NCBI GenBank assembly: GCA_965225945.1
Contig: CBDDBZ010000038.1
Span: forward strand, 192,001-256,000
From: Alphaproteobacteria bacterium
GTDB lineage: Bacteria > Pseudomonadota > Alphaproteobacteria > GCA-2731375
DNA length: 64,000 bases
Direction of reading: 5' to 3'
Below, one piece after another: positions 10,561 to 21,524 of this stretch (position 1 is the first letter of the stretch; every line of letters begins with the position of its first letter). Both the position numbers and the translations under genes were made by a program. The notes below the pieces were generated by a model. The model worked only from the letters and a program-made list of their open reading frames with translations, searched no databases and had not been told where the DNA came from.

Positions 10561-11251
10561 TAACGCTATTGCCGCCGCTCACCCGCGGCCACGATCCCGC
10601 TCGCCGCAACACCATCGAGCGCGCAGGGAACCACCTGCGAGACCCGCCGGCATCGACCCGAAGTCGCCATCAAACCACCCTGCCGGTGTCGTCGCCAATC
10701 AGATCCGAGCCATCCAGCAGCGCCGGCCACCCGAGAAAGCTGGCCCGCCGCTCGCAAATCCCCATAGACCGAGCGTGCCGCACCGCCGAGCCTAGTCCTG
10801 CCCGCGGTTTCCTCCCTTAAGCGTTGTCGGACACCTGCCGATCCAGTCCGCCGGATGCAACCCCTGCGCCTCGGCAGGTGTCCGACAACGCTTAACATAA
10901 CGCTATTGCCGCCGCTCACCCGCGGCCACGATCCCGCTCGCCGCAACACCATCGAGCGCGCAGGGAACCACCTGCGAGACCCGCCGGCATCGACCCGAAG
11001 TCGCCATCAAACCACCCTGCCGGTGTCGTCGCCAATCAGATCCGAGCCATCCAGCAGCGCCGGCCACCCGAGAAAGCTGGCCCGCCGCTCGCAAATCCCC
11101 ATAGACCGAGCGTGCCGCACCGCCGAGCCTAGTCCTGCCCGCGGTTTCCTCCCTTAAGCGTTGTCCGACACCTGCCGATCCAGTCCGCCGGATGCAACCC
11201 CTGCGCCTCGGCAGGTGTCCGACAACGCTTAACATACGACAACGCTTAACA
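10561..11251 (+). repeat. Tandem duplications of the oriIS-side end (337 bp x2 plus 17 bp)
   Basis: 10561-10897 matches 10898-11234; 11235-11251 repeats the terminal cgacaacgcttaaca. Confidence 0.9.
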
Positions 11252-11330
11252 TAGGAAATTTGGAACTGGCCCATCGTCTGTAGATTGCGAGATAGTTTGT
11301 CGTTAAGGTTTCTCGGGAGGGAGGAGTTCT

Positions 11331-12140
11331 ATGTCCGACGCCAACCTATGGGATCTGAGCGGTAATGCCGCAGAGCAATACGAGAAGATTCCAGCTCGAT
11401 ACATTTTAGGACCATGGGATCCCTGTCTTGTCGAGGCTGCCGAAATTCAGCGCGATGAGAGAGTATTGGACATCGCTTGCGGGACAGGTGTGGTTACGCG
11501 TGCTGCCGCGGAGAGACTTGGTCCAGCAGGTCACGTTACGGGTCTGGATTTGAACGAAGGAATGCTCGAAGTCGCAAGATCATTGGGAGATTCCGGCAGC
11601 AGTAATATCGCCTGGGTACAGAACAGCGCGACTGAAATCGATTTTTCCGACGACAGTTTTGATGTTGTCTTGTGCCAACAAGGTTTACAGTTTTTTGCAG
11701 ATCAACGGAGAGGGCTGCGAGAAACGCATCGTGTTCTGCGAGGTGACGGTCGAACGTACTTTAGCGTTTGGCGCGGGGCAGGTCCCTATAACGATGCGTT
11801 GGGCGGTGCACTCTCGAAGCACATCGATGAGGATACGTCACAGAGATATTTAGCCTCCCGCGAAGTGCCCGATGCCAATGCGCTCCAGTCGATGTTTAAC
11901 GACACAGGCTTTAGGCAAGTGAGCATCACGCCTATTGATATGGAGGTGCGTTTGCCCGAGATCGAAAAATTCATTCTGGCGCACCTCCGAGGAACGCCTG
12001 TTGCTGGCGCGGTCGAAGCACTTTCTGAAGATGCACAATCTGCAATCGTGGAGGCCGCCGTTAGAGACCTTTCAAAATTTGCTGACGGCTCTGATGTGAT
12101 TGTGCCTGATACCATAAATCTTGTGTCGGCAAGAAAGTAA
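11331..12140 (+). CDS. Class I SAM-dependent methyltransferase (UbiE-like)
   Basis: VLDIACGTG, FDVVLCQQGLQFF; RBS ggagg; lower GC than flanks. Confidence 0.9.
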   Translation: MSDANLWDLSGNAAEQYEKIPARYILGPWDPCLVEAAEIQRDERVLDIACGTGVVTRAAAERLGPAGHVTGLDLNEGMLEVARSLGDSGSSNIAWVQNSATEIDFSDDSFDVVLCQQGLQFFADQRRGLRETHRVLRGDGRTYFSVWRGAGPYNDALGGALSKHIDEDTSQRYLASREVPDANALQSMFNDTGFRQVSITPIDMEVRLPEIEKFILAHLRGTPVAGAVEALSEDAQSAIVEAAVRDLSKFADGSDVIVPDTINLVSARK

Positions 12141-12161
12141 AGGCTAGCTCGGAACCAAGCT

Positions 12162-12259
12162 AACTTCCGGGTTGGGTCACGAATCTCTGTCAAGCATCTT
12201 GTATTGGAGCGTCCGGACCTGGGGGTGCTCCCGACGTCGATTCGGTGAAAGCTGACATT
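12162..12259 (+). repeat. Palindromic site type B
   Basis: aacttccgggttgggtca...gtccggacctgggggtg...gacgt...aaagctgacatt, 21 bp after the methyltransferase stop. Confidence 0.65.
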
Positions 12260-12327
12260 TTCCCGCGAGTGTCTGCTGTTGGGGGTAGGGTATCGTCCGA
12301 CCTTGGTGAATGGCTATGGAGGTACGG

Positions 12328-13080
12328 ATGAGGTTAGCAGGAAAGGTCGCGCTGATCAGTGGCTCGGCGCGAGGAATGGGTGCCGAGGGAGCCAGGCTGT
12401 TCGCCCGGGAGGGCGCGCGGGTCGTGCTCGGCGACGTGCGCGACGAGGCGGGAGAGCAGGTCGTGGCGGAGATTCGCGAGCAGGGCGGCGAGGCGACCTA
12501 CGCGCGCCTGGACGTGTCCGACGAGGCGGCATGGCGGGAGGCCGTGGCAGACGCGGAATCGACCTACGGGCAGTTGGACATTCTGGTCAATAATGCCGGC
12601 ATCGTCAGCTACAGCAAAGGCGACGACGACAGCATCGAGGACTTCGACCGGCTTATGGAAGTCAACGCCAGGGGGACCTACGTCGGCATGCGCGCCGCCA
12701 TACCGGCCATGCGTCGCGCGGGCGGCGGCTCCATCGTCAACATCTCATCGATTTCGGGTCTGGTCGGTCAGAGGCACGTCCACGCGGGATACAACGCCTC
12801 GAAGGGCGCGGTGTGCATCATGACCAAATCGATGGCGGTGCAGCACGCCCAGGATGCCATTCGCGTCAACTCGGTGCATCCGGGGCCCATCCAGACCGAC
12901 ATGACCAAGGAAGCTTGGATGGACCCGGAGCGTCGCCGACGGACCGAGCAGAGCACCCCGCTCGGCCGCTACGGGCTACCGCTCGACGTAGCTTACGCCG
13001 TGCTCTTCCTGGCATCGGACGAAGCGGCGTACATCACGGGCGCCGAGCTGGTCGTGGATGGCGGCTACACGGCGCAGTAG
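12328..13080 (+). CDS. Short-chain dehydrogenase/reductase
   Basis: SGSARGMG, NNAG, YNASK. Confidence 0.93.
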   Translation: MRLAGKVALISGSARGMGAEGARLFAREGARVVLGDVRDEAGEQVVAEIREQGGEATYARLDVSDEAAWREAVADAESTYGQLDILVNNAGIVSYSKGDDDSIEDFDRLMEVNARGTYVGMRAAIPAMRRAGGGSIVNISSISGLVGQRHVHAGYNASKGAVCIMTKSMAVQHAQDAIRVNSVHPGPIQTDMTKEAWMDPERRRRTEQSTPLGRYGLPLDVAYAVLFLASDEAAYITGAELVVDGGYTAQ

Positions 13081-13289
13081 CACCAAAGCCGATAAAACGG
13101 TGCGCCCAATGTAACGCCCAAATCCGCGCCCGCTTCGCACACGCGCGAGGACGATCTCAACCGCTATGTCGAGGGTTTCCACCACGGCTGGGGTTGGATT
13201 CCTCGTTAGGACTATATCGTGAGTTAGCTCGGCCTTCGCCATCCACAAACAAATTTGCTTTGGCCTTATTCTGGCATCAGCAGGGAATA

Positions 13290-13849
13290 CAGCCAGCACC
13301 TCGCATCGCCGTCATTGGAACCCGGGAGCCCAGCGACGATGGCTTTCGCCGGGCGCGAAGGATTACCGAGCTACTGGTCGAGAAGGGCTATACCTTCGTT
13401 TCCGGTCTCGCCGCCGGGATCGATGGCGCCGCGCACCGGACCGCGATCGAAGCCGGCGGCCGTACGATTGCCGTCATCGGCAGGTCGATCTAACTGGCCT
13501 ATCCGATCGAGGACGCCGCGCTTCAGGATCGGATCGCCGACGACCATCTGCTGATCCCACAGGTTCCGGCGCTTCGGTATGCCGCTCAGGATCCCGGTCG
13601 AAACCGCTACTTCTTCCCCGAGCGCAACGCGACAATGAGCGCCTTGACGAAGGCCAGCATCATCGTCGAGGCGGGGGCGACCTCCGGTACCCTCGCGCAG
13701 GCCCGAGCCGACTTCCATCAAGGTCGGAAGCTCTTCATCCTGAACCCGTGCTTCGAAACATCCGGTCTGACGTGGCCGGCCAGGCTGGAACACGAACATG
13801 GCGCCATTCAGGTGCGTGAGCCTGATGACATCTGGTCCGCTCTCGCCTG
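13290..13849 (+). pseudogene. DprA/Smf-like fragment with internal stop
   Basis: VSGLAAGIDG, FFPERNATMS, IIVEAG; TAA at 13491-13493; N-terminus missing. Confidence 0.8.
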
Positions 13850-14007
13850 AAACGTCGAGAGAAACGCGACTGGGCGATGGCGGCATGGAAGGCCAGGCTG
13901 TACGATTTTGGGTGATCGCTGCCATCATGGAGCTGGAGGCGAGTAGGTCCGATGGAACAGTTCATTGAGCAGCTAATTCCGCCGGTACCGCCCCGGCCAA
14001 TGCCGGC

Positions 14008-14080
14008 ATATCGGCTATCGGGGTATAGTCGCCGTCGGGCCGAAATGCCGGTCACGCCCGGCATTAGCCACAGGAAAATT
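14008..14080 (-). repeat. Palindromic site type A, empty
   Basis: Closely matches 17715-17778; abuts the Rieske gene stop codon. Confidence 0.8.
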
Positions 14081-15933
14081 CACGACTCTCCCCTACCCGA
14101 CGCCTCGGCCGCCTCCATCGCCGCCGGCACGTCCTCGTGGATCCTGCCACCGCGGTGAAGGCGTCGGGCAATATCGGCGGTCTGGTACTGAGACCGTTCT
14201 GTGGGCGAATGGGCGGCAAGGAACCGCGCAACGCCGATGAGGATGTGTCCGCCTTCTTCCGCGCCCTGCCAGCTTTGGTACTGGCGCACCCCAGCCTCCA
14301 GGTTCTGATAAGCGTGAAAGCCCGCGTCCTCGCGCAACAGTGCCCGGGCGAGGGTCACTATCAGCGGTGCGCTCGGGTGCTTCTGGCCGAGAAACCGGGT
14401 AACGATTCGTGCCGCCGCGTCGACCTGGCTTTGCCGGTCCATCACCTCGAGCAACAGGCGGCACAGCCCGTCCGCGTCATCCGGCAAATCGTCGAGCGAA
14501 TCTCCCTGCGCACCGGGCAGTAGGGCGGGCGGGACGTTGAGGTAGCGGTTGACATAAAGCGCCATGGCGCCGTGGAAGACGCCGCGCAAGATATCGGGGT
14601 CGGGGTCCGGGGCGCCGGCGCCCGCCTGCTCCTCACCTTGCGCCCGCGCAAGCAGTGCATCGAGGGCGCTGCAGTAGGTGAAGCTGTGATGGGCCGAGTT
14701 CCAATCAGAATGTTCGTTGGCGGTGCCGAAGCGGGCGAGACGGAGCGCAGCCGCGTAGGCGAGCGTCCGGCCGAGGTCCGTTGCCCGGGCGCCGCTAAGA
14801 ACGGCTTCCTTGATGGCCCCCACGATCGCTTCGGCGTCGTCGGCGAGCATGTCCTCGGCGAGTGTCCGGTGGTGCCGCCATGTGCCCGCTTTGGCCCGGC
14901 CCTCGCCGATCAAGTCCGGAAGCTCGGCAAAAGCATTCTCCAGAATTGGCACCAGGTCCACGGGATGGCGCCAGGTGTTCGATTCTTCCCGCCCTTTTGA
15001 CGAAACCAACCCGCGCACCACGCTCGGCAAGATGTCGGTGGCATGCTCCCAGCCGATGACGTCGAGGCATTCGAGGGCCTTGTTGATGAAATCAAGCGCA
15101 TGGCCGCCATCGGCGTAATACCTGTCGGTGACAGCCGAAAGCAGCATATTCGCGAGCTGGCTCTGGCTGGCCCCGGATGCGATCGCCGTGATCAGGGTGC
15201 GTTCGGCGCCGTCGCGGTGGCGGACGAGGGTCCAGCGCCTGAGCCAGCGCTTCAGGGTCGCAAGATTTGGCGCGTGATCTCCCAGCTTGTCCCGCCCCCG
15301 GCGCGGCGCTTCGCCGGCGCAATCGGCGGCCACCCGGCGCACGCCCTTGTAAAGGGCGAGGGTGGTCTCGTCCTCCGGCAGGGCGGGCATGAGTTTGGCG
15401 AGTGCCGTGAGCACGGTGAGGCCGGTTCCCCAGTCGTCCCGGTTGCGGGCCCCGAACAGGGCCGCCTCGCGGACCACGCTCCGCCAGTCGGTGTCCGATT
15501 CTTGCAAGGCCAGCACCGACTTGGCGATGACGAGGCCGAGGTTGTGGGCCATGCCGTGGGTGAGGCGGCGGTGCCAATGGGCGGCCCCGTCGGCGTGACG
15601 GCATTCGCGCCCCACCCAGACCTCGCCGTCGCGCAACTCAACGGGCGCGCTCGGCACGTCGTCCGCCCAGAGGTCGAATGTGGCGCCACTCTTGATGTCG
15701 AAGCGGGCATGGTGCCAGTGGCAAGTGAGGATGCCGTCCTCGACGGACCCGCGATGGAGTGGAAATCCGAGGTGGGGACAACGGTTGTCCAGCACATGCA
15801 CCTCGCCCTCGTCATAAATGACCAGGAGCGGGCAGCGCCCGCCGCCGACCACCATCTTGCCCTTGGCTTTGAGTTCGTCCAGGGTGCAGGCGCGTATGAA
15901 AGCGTCGCGGATTACGTTACCGGTTGCGTCCAT
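14080..15933 (-). CDS. Rieske 2Fe-2S domain protein with long helical C-terminus
   Basis: CPHLG...CHWH; likely start MDATG. Confidence 0.85.
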   Translation of the reverse strand: MDATGNVIRDAFIRACTLDELKAKGKMVVGGGRCPLLVIYDEGEVHVLDNRCPHLGFPLHRGSVEDGILTCHWHHARFDIKSGATFDLWADDVPSAPVELRDGEVWVGRECRHADGAAHWHRRLTHGMAHNLGLVIAKSVLALQESDTDWRSVVREAALFGARNRDDWGTGLTVLTALAKLMPALPEDETTLALYKGVRRVAADCAGEAPRRGRDKLGDHAPNLATLKRWLRRWTLVRHRDGAERTLITAIASGASQSQLANMLLSAVTDRYYADGGHALDFINKALECLDVIGWEHATDILPSVVRGLVSSKGREESNTWRHPVDLVPILENAFAELPDLIGEGRAKAGTWRHHRTLAEDMLADDAEAIVGAIKEAVLSGARATDLGRTLAYAAALRLARFGTANEHSDWNSAHHSFTYCSALDALLARAQGEEQAGAGAPDPDPDILRGVFHGAMALYVNRYLNVPPALLPGAQGDSLDDLPDDADGLCRLLLEVMDRQSQVDAAARIVTRFLGQKHPSAPLIVTLARALLREDAGFHAYQNLEAGVRQYQSWQGAEEGGHILIGVARFLAAHSPTERSQYQTADIARRLHRGGRIHEDVPAAMEAAEASGRGES

Positions 15934-16042
15934 ATCCCCTTGTCCCCAGGCCGGCAAGCCGAGATCCCCCAAATGGCGCCCCCAGTTGCCGACGATGGTA
16001 GCACGATGGGCGTTTGCACCACGATTCCAGTCGCATGATCTA

Positions 16043-17221
16043 GTGTCCCGATTCCGAAGTTCGCATGATTTTCGCCTGCTGTTCAGCGATTTCGATTGTT
16101 CGGAGGCAGAACCGCTGGATGGCGGCGAGGATGTCATCGGCGGATTTGGTCCATTTGAAGGGTTTGGGGTTCTGGTTTGTCGTGTCGATGTAGTCGAGGA
16201 TGGTGCGCTCCAGCTCCTTGGTGGAGCGATGGACGCCGCGCCTGATCTGTTTGTCGGTCAGCAGCCCGAACCAGCGCTCGACCTGGTTGAGCCAGGAGGC
16301 GCTGGTGGGTGTGAAATGGGCCTGCCAGCGCGGCCGTTTGGCGAACCAGTCGCGGATCGCCTTGGTCTTGTGGGTCCCGTAGTTGTCCATGACGATGTGG
16401 ATGTCGAGATCACCAGGGACGTTCGCCTCGACGAGGTCGAGGAATTTGCGGAACTCTCGGGCCCGATGGCGCGGGAAACATTTGCCGATGATCTCTCCCG
16501 TGGCGATGTCGAGGGCCGCGAAGAGAGAGGTCGTGCCGTGGCGCTTGTAGTCGTGGCTGCGCCGCTCCGCCTGCCCGGGGCGCATCGGCAAGAGGGGCTG
16601 GGAACGGTCCAAGGCCTGGATCTGGCTCTTTTCGTCGACACAGAGAACCAGGGCACGATCCGGCGGCGCCAAATACAGACCGACGATGTCGCGGACCTTC
16701 TCCACGAAGAAGGGATCGCTCGACAGCTTGAAGGTCTCCGAGCGATGCGGCTGCAAGCCGAAGGCCCGCCAAATGCGATGAATGGTCGAGGGCGCGTGGC
16801 CGCTCGCCCGCGCCATCGAGCGAAGGCTCCAATGGGTCGCGTCCGGCGGCGTCTCTTCCAGCGTCAGCCGGACCGCTTCCGCGATGGCGTCATCGCCGAT
16901 TTGGCGCGGCGCGCCGGGGCGGGGTTCGTCGTACAGACCGTCGAGGCCCTCCGCCGCATAGCGGCGACGCCACTTGCCCACGGTGTCCGCGCTCGCCTCG
17001 AGACGAACGGCGATCTCCTTGTTCTCCAACCCTTCCGCCGCCGCCAAGACGATCCGAGCCCGCCGCGCAAGCCCCTGCGACGTCTTGCGACGACGAGACA
17101 GCGCCTCCAATTCGGCGCGCTCGTCATCGCTCAAAGAGATCGTCACCGCCACTCTCGCCATCAATCGCGCCTCCTGAAAACAAATAGAGACATAATCATA
17201 TCAATTTATCGATCAGGACAC
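16043..17221 (-). mobile_element. IS630 family element (transposase 16040-17164)
   Basis: TA duplication in CTAG; [17 protein letters not shown]; second copy at 60941-62119. Confidence 0.95.
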
Positions 17222-17714
17222 TAGCAGGTGCGGAGGCATTCGGCTCGGCCGTCTCTCACGCCATGGAGGTCGGGCGCCTTCTGATGGAGGCGAAGGAGAT
17301 AGTACCGCATGGCAGTCGTGGTGACGTCGAGTGCCCCCACCTCCGGGGCGTGAAGCTCGACGGCGGGGGCCGCGCGCCTGGGCGTGGTTCTCGCCACCCA
17401 TTTCGTCGCGCCCGTCAAGTGTAGCCCCCGGTTGCACCCCACGGAAGTCGCGTCGAGCAATCTGCATGGCGGGTGTGCCCCGCCACCGGTTCTGACCCCG
17501 ACGGCGGGGGCCGCGCGGCGCGGGGCGCGTAGCGTCACCCCTTTTCGTCGCGCATCGCCAGTGTAGGCGGTTCACGGCTTCCCGAAAACGTCATCACCGC
17601 CCGTTTCGGGACACGAGGTTTCAGGAAACAGTTTCGGGAGACGAGAAGCGGCGGAAACGTGTCGCGACGCCAGCCCCGCGACGGGGCGGCCGGCGCCGCC
17701 CTCGACCCGTACCT

Positions 17715-17778
17715 ATGTCGGCTATCGGGGGTAGACTCCCCGTCGGGTCGGGGTGCCGGTCATGCCCGGTGCTAGCCA
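17715..17778 (-). repeat. Palindromic site type A, occupied by element 2
   Basis: Minus strand tggcta...gacggggagtctacccccgatagccgacat. Confidence 0.8.
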
Positions 17779-18003
17779 ACGATCGGGATAGGGGGGCGCC
17801 TCGCGGCGCCGCCCCTCCCACACCACCTGGCATACGGGTCACGTACCTCGGCGGTTCGACCGGGTTAAGCATGGGCAGAGACATGGAGTCTGGGGAGACC
17901 GAATGAGTCGAAAGCGTGGTTTCGCAGGGCCATTTGGACCGCCGGGTGTCCGGACATGCGCCAGAACCCGGTCGGTGAACCGGCTGCGACCGCTGCATTG
18001 AAC

Positions 18004-18758
18004 CTTGCCTATCCGGTTATCACCCACACCCACTATATGTAGTGTGCACCCATTTTCCTGAGTAAAGCTCGGTGCAGGTCGAAGCGGAGATATCTCCGGC
18101 GATGCCGAGCAGGGACTCGGACGGCATTGTAGCGCCTTTTAGGCGACACTTTAGCGTGGTGGAAATCCTAATCATTGAGTCGGATTTGGCAAAACGCCAC
18201 GTTGCATAAAGGACCGTCACTTCATTGAAATTTATCTGAAATCGGAGGTGAACGACACCGATGGAATATTCCAGGAAATCAGAGCTTCATTGAATTGTAG
18301 GATTCGAGTGCCGGATTATTCACAAATAGCTCTGTGAACTGGTTTTCAAGTTCGCTCAATACGTCATATGAAGTAAACGGATTGAGGATCACGTTCTTGC
18401 GTGTCGCTTCGTCTTCGCTGCGACTCAAAACGCGCAGGAGACTAACAGGCGCGGACGGGTTCTTCGCAACGATTCGTGCCAGCGCGTCGCTTTCTTCGAC
18501 TAGTGCCGTCAATCGCTCAGACGATGTCGTTTCATCAGCAGCTTCCCGTCTGGCCGTGGGTTTCTTCGTTTTTCCCTTGGTCGCCACCGTTCCGTCCCCC
18601 GATGTTAAGTACGTGACGTGAATTAAACTCCGGTTCGGTTTTCAGAACAATCAAGAATTAGCCGGATCGCCTCCTCAATGCGCCTGCGCCGGCCCTTGCC
18701 TGCAGTCCAAGGAGACACACTACATATAGTGGGTGTGGGTGATAACCGGATAGGCAAG
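18004..18758. mobile_element. Non-autonomous insertion cassette with IS1595 (ISSod11-type) ends
   Basis: Perfect 43-bp IRs starting cttgcctatc; 8-bp TSD CATTGAAC; no transposase. Confidence 0.88.
18279..18587 (-). CDS. Small helical-repeat (LRV-like) passenger protein
   Basis: VAKNPSAPVSLL / VILNPFTSYDVL / VNNPAL repeats; RBS upstream. Confidence 0.55.
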   Translation of the reverse strand: MATKGKTKKPTARREAADETTSSERLTALVEESDALARIVAKNPSAPVSLLRVLSRSEDEATRKNVILNPFTSYDVLSELENQFTELFVNNPALESYNSMKL

Positions 18759-20605
18759 CATTGAACTTTGGGACGCCACGACGGCGCAGTTCCTTGAAGC
18801 GGTTTTGCCCGTTCCGCCATTGCCGCCAAAGATACATTCGTAGTCTTCGGCGGATCCAGGCTTCCAGATGGGTGAGCACGCGGGGGGTCTGGCAGAAACC
18901 GAAATAGCCGCGCCAACCGATCAGGTATGGTGCCAGTTCTTCGATCACCTGCTCGAGGCTGAGCCCCCGTGTCCGGCGGGTGAGGTCCCGGATCCGCGTC
19001 TTGAACTTCTTGAGCGCTTGTGGCGCGATGCGCCGCTCGCTCCCATCGTTCGAGATGCTGAAGCCCAGGAACTTGCGCGCCTCCGGTCGCGCCACCGCAC
19101 TCTTGGCCTCGTTGACCTTCAGCCGCAGCTTCTTGGTCAGGAACCGGCTCACCGAGGCCATGACCCGCTGGCCGGCGCGGTGACTGCGAACATAGATGTT
19201 GCAGTCATCGGCATAACGGCAGAAGCGGTGGCCGCGGCGTTCCAGCTCCTTGTCGAGGTCGTCGAGCACGAGATTGCTGAGGAGGGGCGAAAGCGGACCG
19301 CCTTGCGGGGTCCCCTCGTCCACTGGGCTGACCAAGCCGTTTTCCATCACCCCGGCCTTCAAGAAGGCCCGGATAAGCTTGAGCACCCGCTTATCGGACA
19401 GCCGCGCGGCGACCCGCGCCATCAAGCTGTCGTGGTTCACCCGGTCGAAAAATTTTTCGAGATCGAGATCGACCACGATGCCATAGCCCTCGGCTACATG
19501 ACGTTGCGCTTGGGCGACGGCCTGATGGGCGGAGCGCCCCGGACGGAAGCCGTAGCTGTGCTCGAAAAACGTCGAATCCCAACGCGGTTGAAGGACCTGC
19601 AACAGGGCTTGCTGGATCAGTCTGTCGACGACGCAAGGCACGCCGAGCTTTCTGACCCCGCCGTCCGGCTTGGGTATTTCGACCCGTTTGACCGGCTGCG
19701 GCTGGTAACTTCCTTCGAGCAGTTGAGACCGGATGCTTGGCCAGTGTTCACGCAGGTGGTCCCTGGCGTCGTTGATGGTCATACCATCGACGCCGGGACC
19801 ACCCTTGTTCCTGCGAACCTGTTTCCAGGCCCTTTCGAGGTTCTCTCGCTCGCACACCACCTCCATCAGTTGCTCTGCCGTGGCCGGGTTTTCGGGCTCT
19901 GGCGCCGCCATGGGTGGTTCGGCCCCGTGGTGACCGCCGACCGGGGCTTCACCCCGGTCCCTCGGCTCCAGGGCCAGTGAGTACTGGACGTTCCGCCGCT
20001 CTCCACTCATGAGTTGCCAGTCCTACTTGCCTCTCCCGATCGTTCGGGCCTTCGACCATCGTTGCCGGCTCGGCCTATCCGTTGCTCCGCCTTTCGGCCT
20101 GGAGTGCCTCAATAGCCTTGCCGACGCCATGACCTACTATGCCCTCTGCTGACTCCTGCGCCGCGATCAGGTTGCCTTACGGCTTCCTCAGTTCCGAGAT
20201 CGGAACACGACGCAGGCCTCCCCAGGTAAGTTCGGTCGCCTTCCCCGCAGCCCTGCCGGATCTACAGCCTCGGCCCTTGATGGATATGGACTTCGCGGTT
20301 CGTCGCCCGCTCGTCCGGCCAGGGATGCCTCGTATCCGGTTTCTGTTCGTCAGGTCGCGGTTTTGCTCCACACTGCCTTCGGAAGCCACCTCGCGATGAC
20401 CCCCTTGTGCTTCGCTAATCCTTCACCTCCATCAGGTTGGATGGGAGACTTTCACTCCTAAGCTACCGAACATGCTGGGCACACAACGAAACCGCTTTCA
20501 GCGGTAGTTTGTGGTGCCGGGCGGTGAGGTCGGTGGCGTAACGGATGGGTCGATCCTGTGTTGAGGTTTGGAGTTCCGAAGCTCACGCAACACGGGAGCA
20601 GACCC

Positions 20606-21511
20606 ATGACCGATAGTGACAAGACCATCAGCCCGCTGCGCCAGCGCATGATCGACGACATGGTGCTTCGCGGCTTCAGTGCCAACACGCAGCGCGGCTA
20701 CATCAGTGCGGTGGCCGGCTTTTCCGACTTTCTCGCACGCTCTCCGGATCGGGCGGAGGCGGAGGATCTCAGGCGCTATCAAGTGCATATGCGCAAAGCA
20801 GGCGCATCGGCGACGACGATGAACGCGGCGGTCTCGGCATTGCGGTTCTTCTTCGGCGTCACGCTCGGCCGAGGCGACGCCGAGATCGGCATGACGACGG
20901 TGGCAATGCCGCGCAAGCTGCCGGTGATCCTGAGCGTCGAGGAAATGGCGCGGCTTCTCGATGCCGCCCCCGGTCCCAAATACAAGGCGGCCTTTTCGCT
21001 GGCCTATGGCGCCGGCCTGCGCGCTTCGGAGGTGGTCCATCTCAAGGTCCCGGACATCGACAGCAACCGCAAGACGCTTCGCATCGAGCAAGGTAAGGGC
21101 CGCCGAGATCGCTACGCCATGCTCTCGGATCGCGCCGTCGAGCAGCTCAGGGTCTGGTGGTTGCTTGGCCGCGCCCGCGGCGTGATGCTGCCCGGCGGTT
21201 GGCTGTTTCCAGGCCAGAACCCGGTCAACCCGTTGACCACCCGCCAGCTCCGTCGCGCCCTCGATGGCGCCAAGGCGGGGGCGGGGATCGAGAAGCGGAT
21301 CTCGCTTCACACGCTGCGCCACTGCTTCGCCACCCATCTCCTCGAACAGGGCGTCGACATCCGCGTGATCCAGGTTCTACTGGGGCACAAGAAGCTGGAG
21401 ACCACGGCTCACTACACCCAGGTCGCCAGCACCACCTTGCGGCGCGCCAAGAGCCCACTGGACCTGCTCGAGCCGCCGACGCCCAAGACCAAGCGCAAGC
21501 CGCCGAAGTGA
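20606..21511 (+). CDS. Tyrosine recombinase
   Basis: Same protein as 8411-9316. Confidence 0.93.
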   Translation: MTDSDKTISPLRQRMIDDMVLRGFSANTQRGYISAVAGFSDFLARSPDRAEAEDLRRYQVHMRKAGASATTMNAAVSALRFFFGVTLGRGDAEIGMTTVAMPRKLPVILSVEEMARLLDAAPGPKYKAAFSLAYGAGLRASEVVHLKVPDIDSNRKTLRIEQGKGRRDRYAMLSDRAVEQLRVWWLLGRARGVMLPGGWLFPGQNPVNPLTTRQLRRALDGAKAGAGIEKRISLHTLRHCFATHLLEQGVDIRVIQVLLGHKKLETTAHYTQVASTTLRRAKSPLDLLEPPTPKTKRKPPK

Positions 21512-21524
21512 GCCGGCGGCCTCG

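Larger units (their letters stand above)
8289..11251 (+). mobile_element. Tyrosine recombinase + IS91-like transposase element, copy 1
   Basis: GAAC plus hairpin ccgctttcagcgg at the upstream end, long hairpin ending cttaaca at the downstream end; near-identical copy at 20485-24130. Confidence 0.88.
17865..20010 (-). pseudogene. ltrA: Intron reverse transcriptase/maturase, interrupted near C-terminus
   Basis: GTPQGGPLSP, RYADD; frame resumes after the 18004-18758 insertion to TAA at 17865. Confidence 0.9.
17782..20484 (-). mobile_element. Group II intron, class C (IIC)
   Basis: 5' GTGTGC, 3' ...CCCGAT, short domain V gaaccgccg...ggtggtgt, RT ORF without endonuclease domain. Confidence 0.9.

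Noticed and set aside
17865-20010. Retron, DGR or defence RT
   Set aside because: Clear group II intron ends, domain V and maturase domain.
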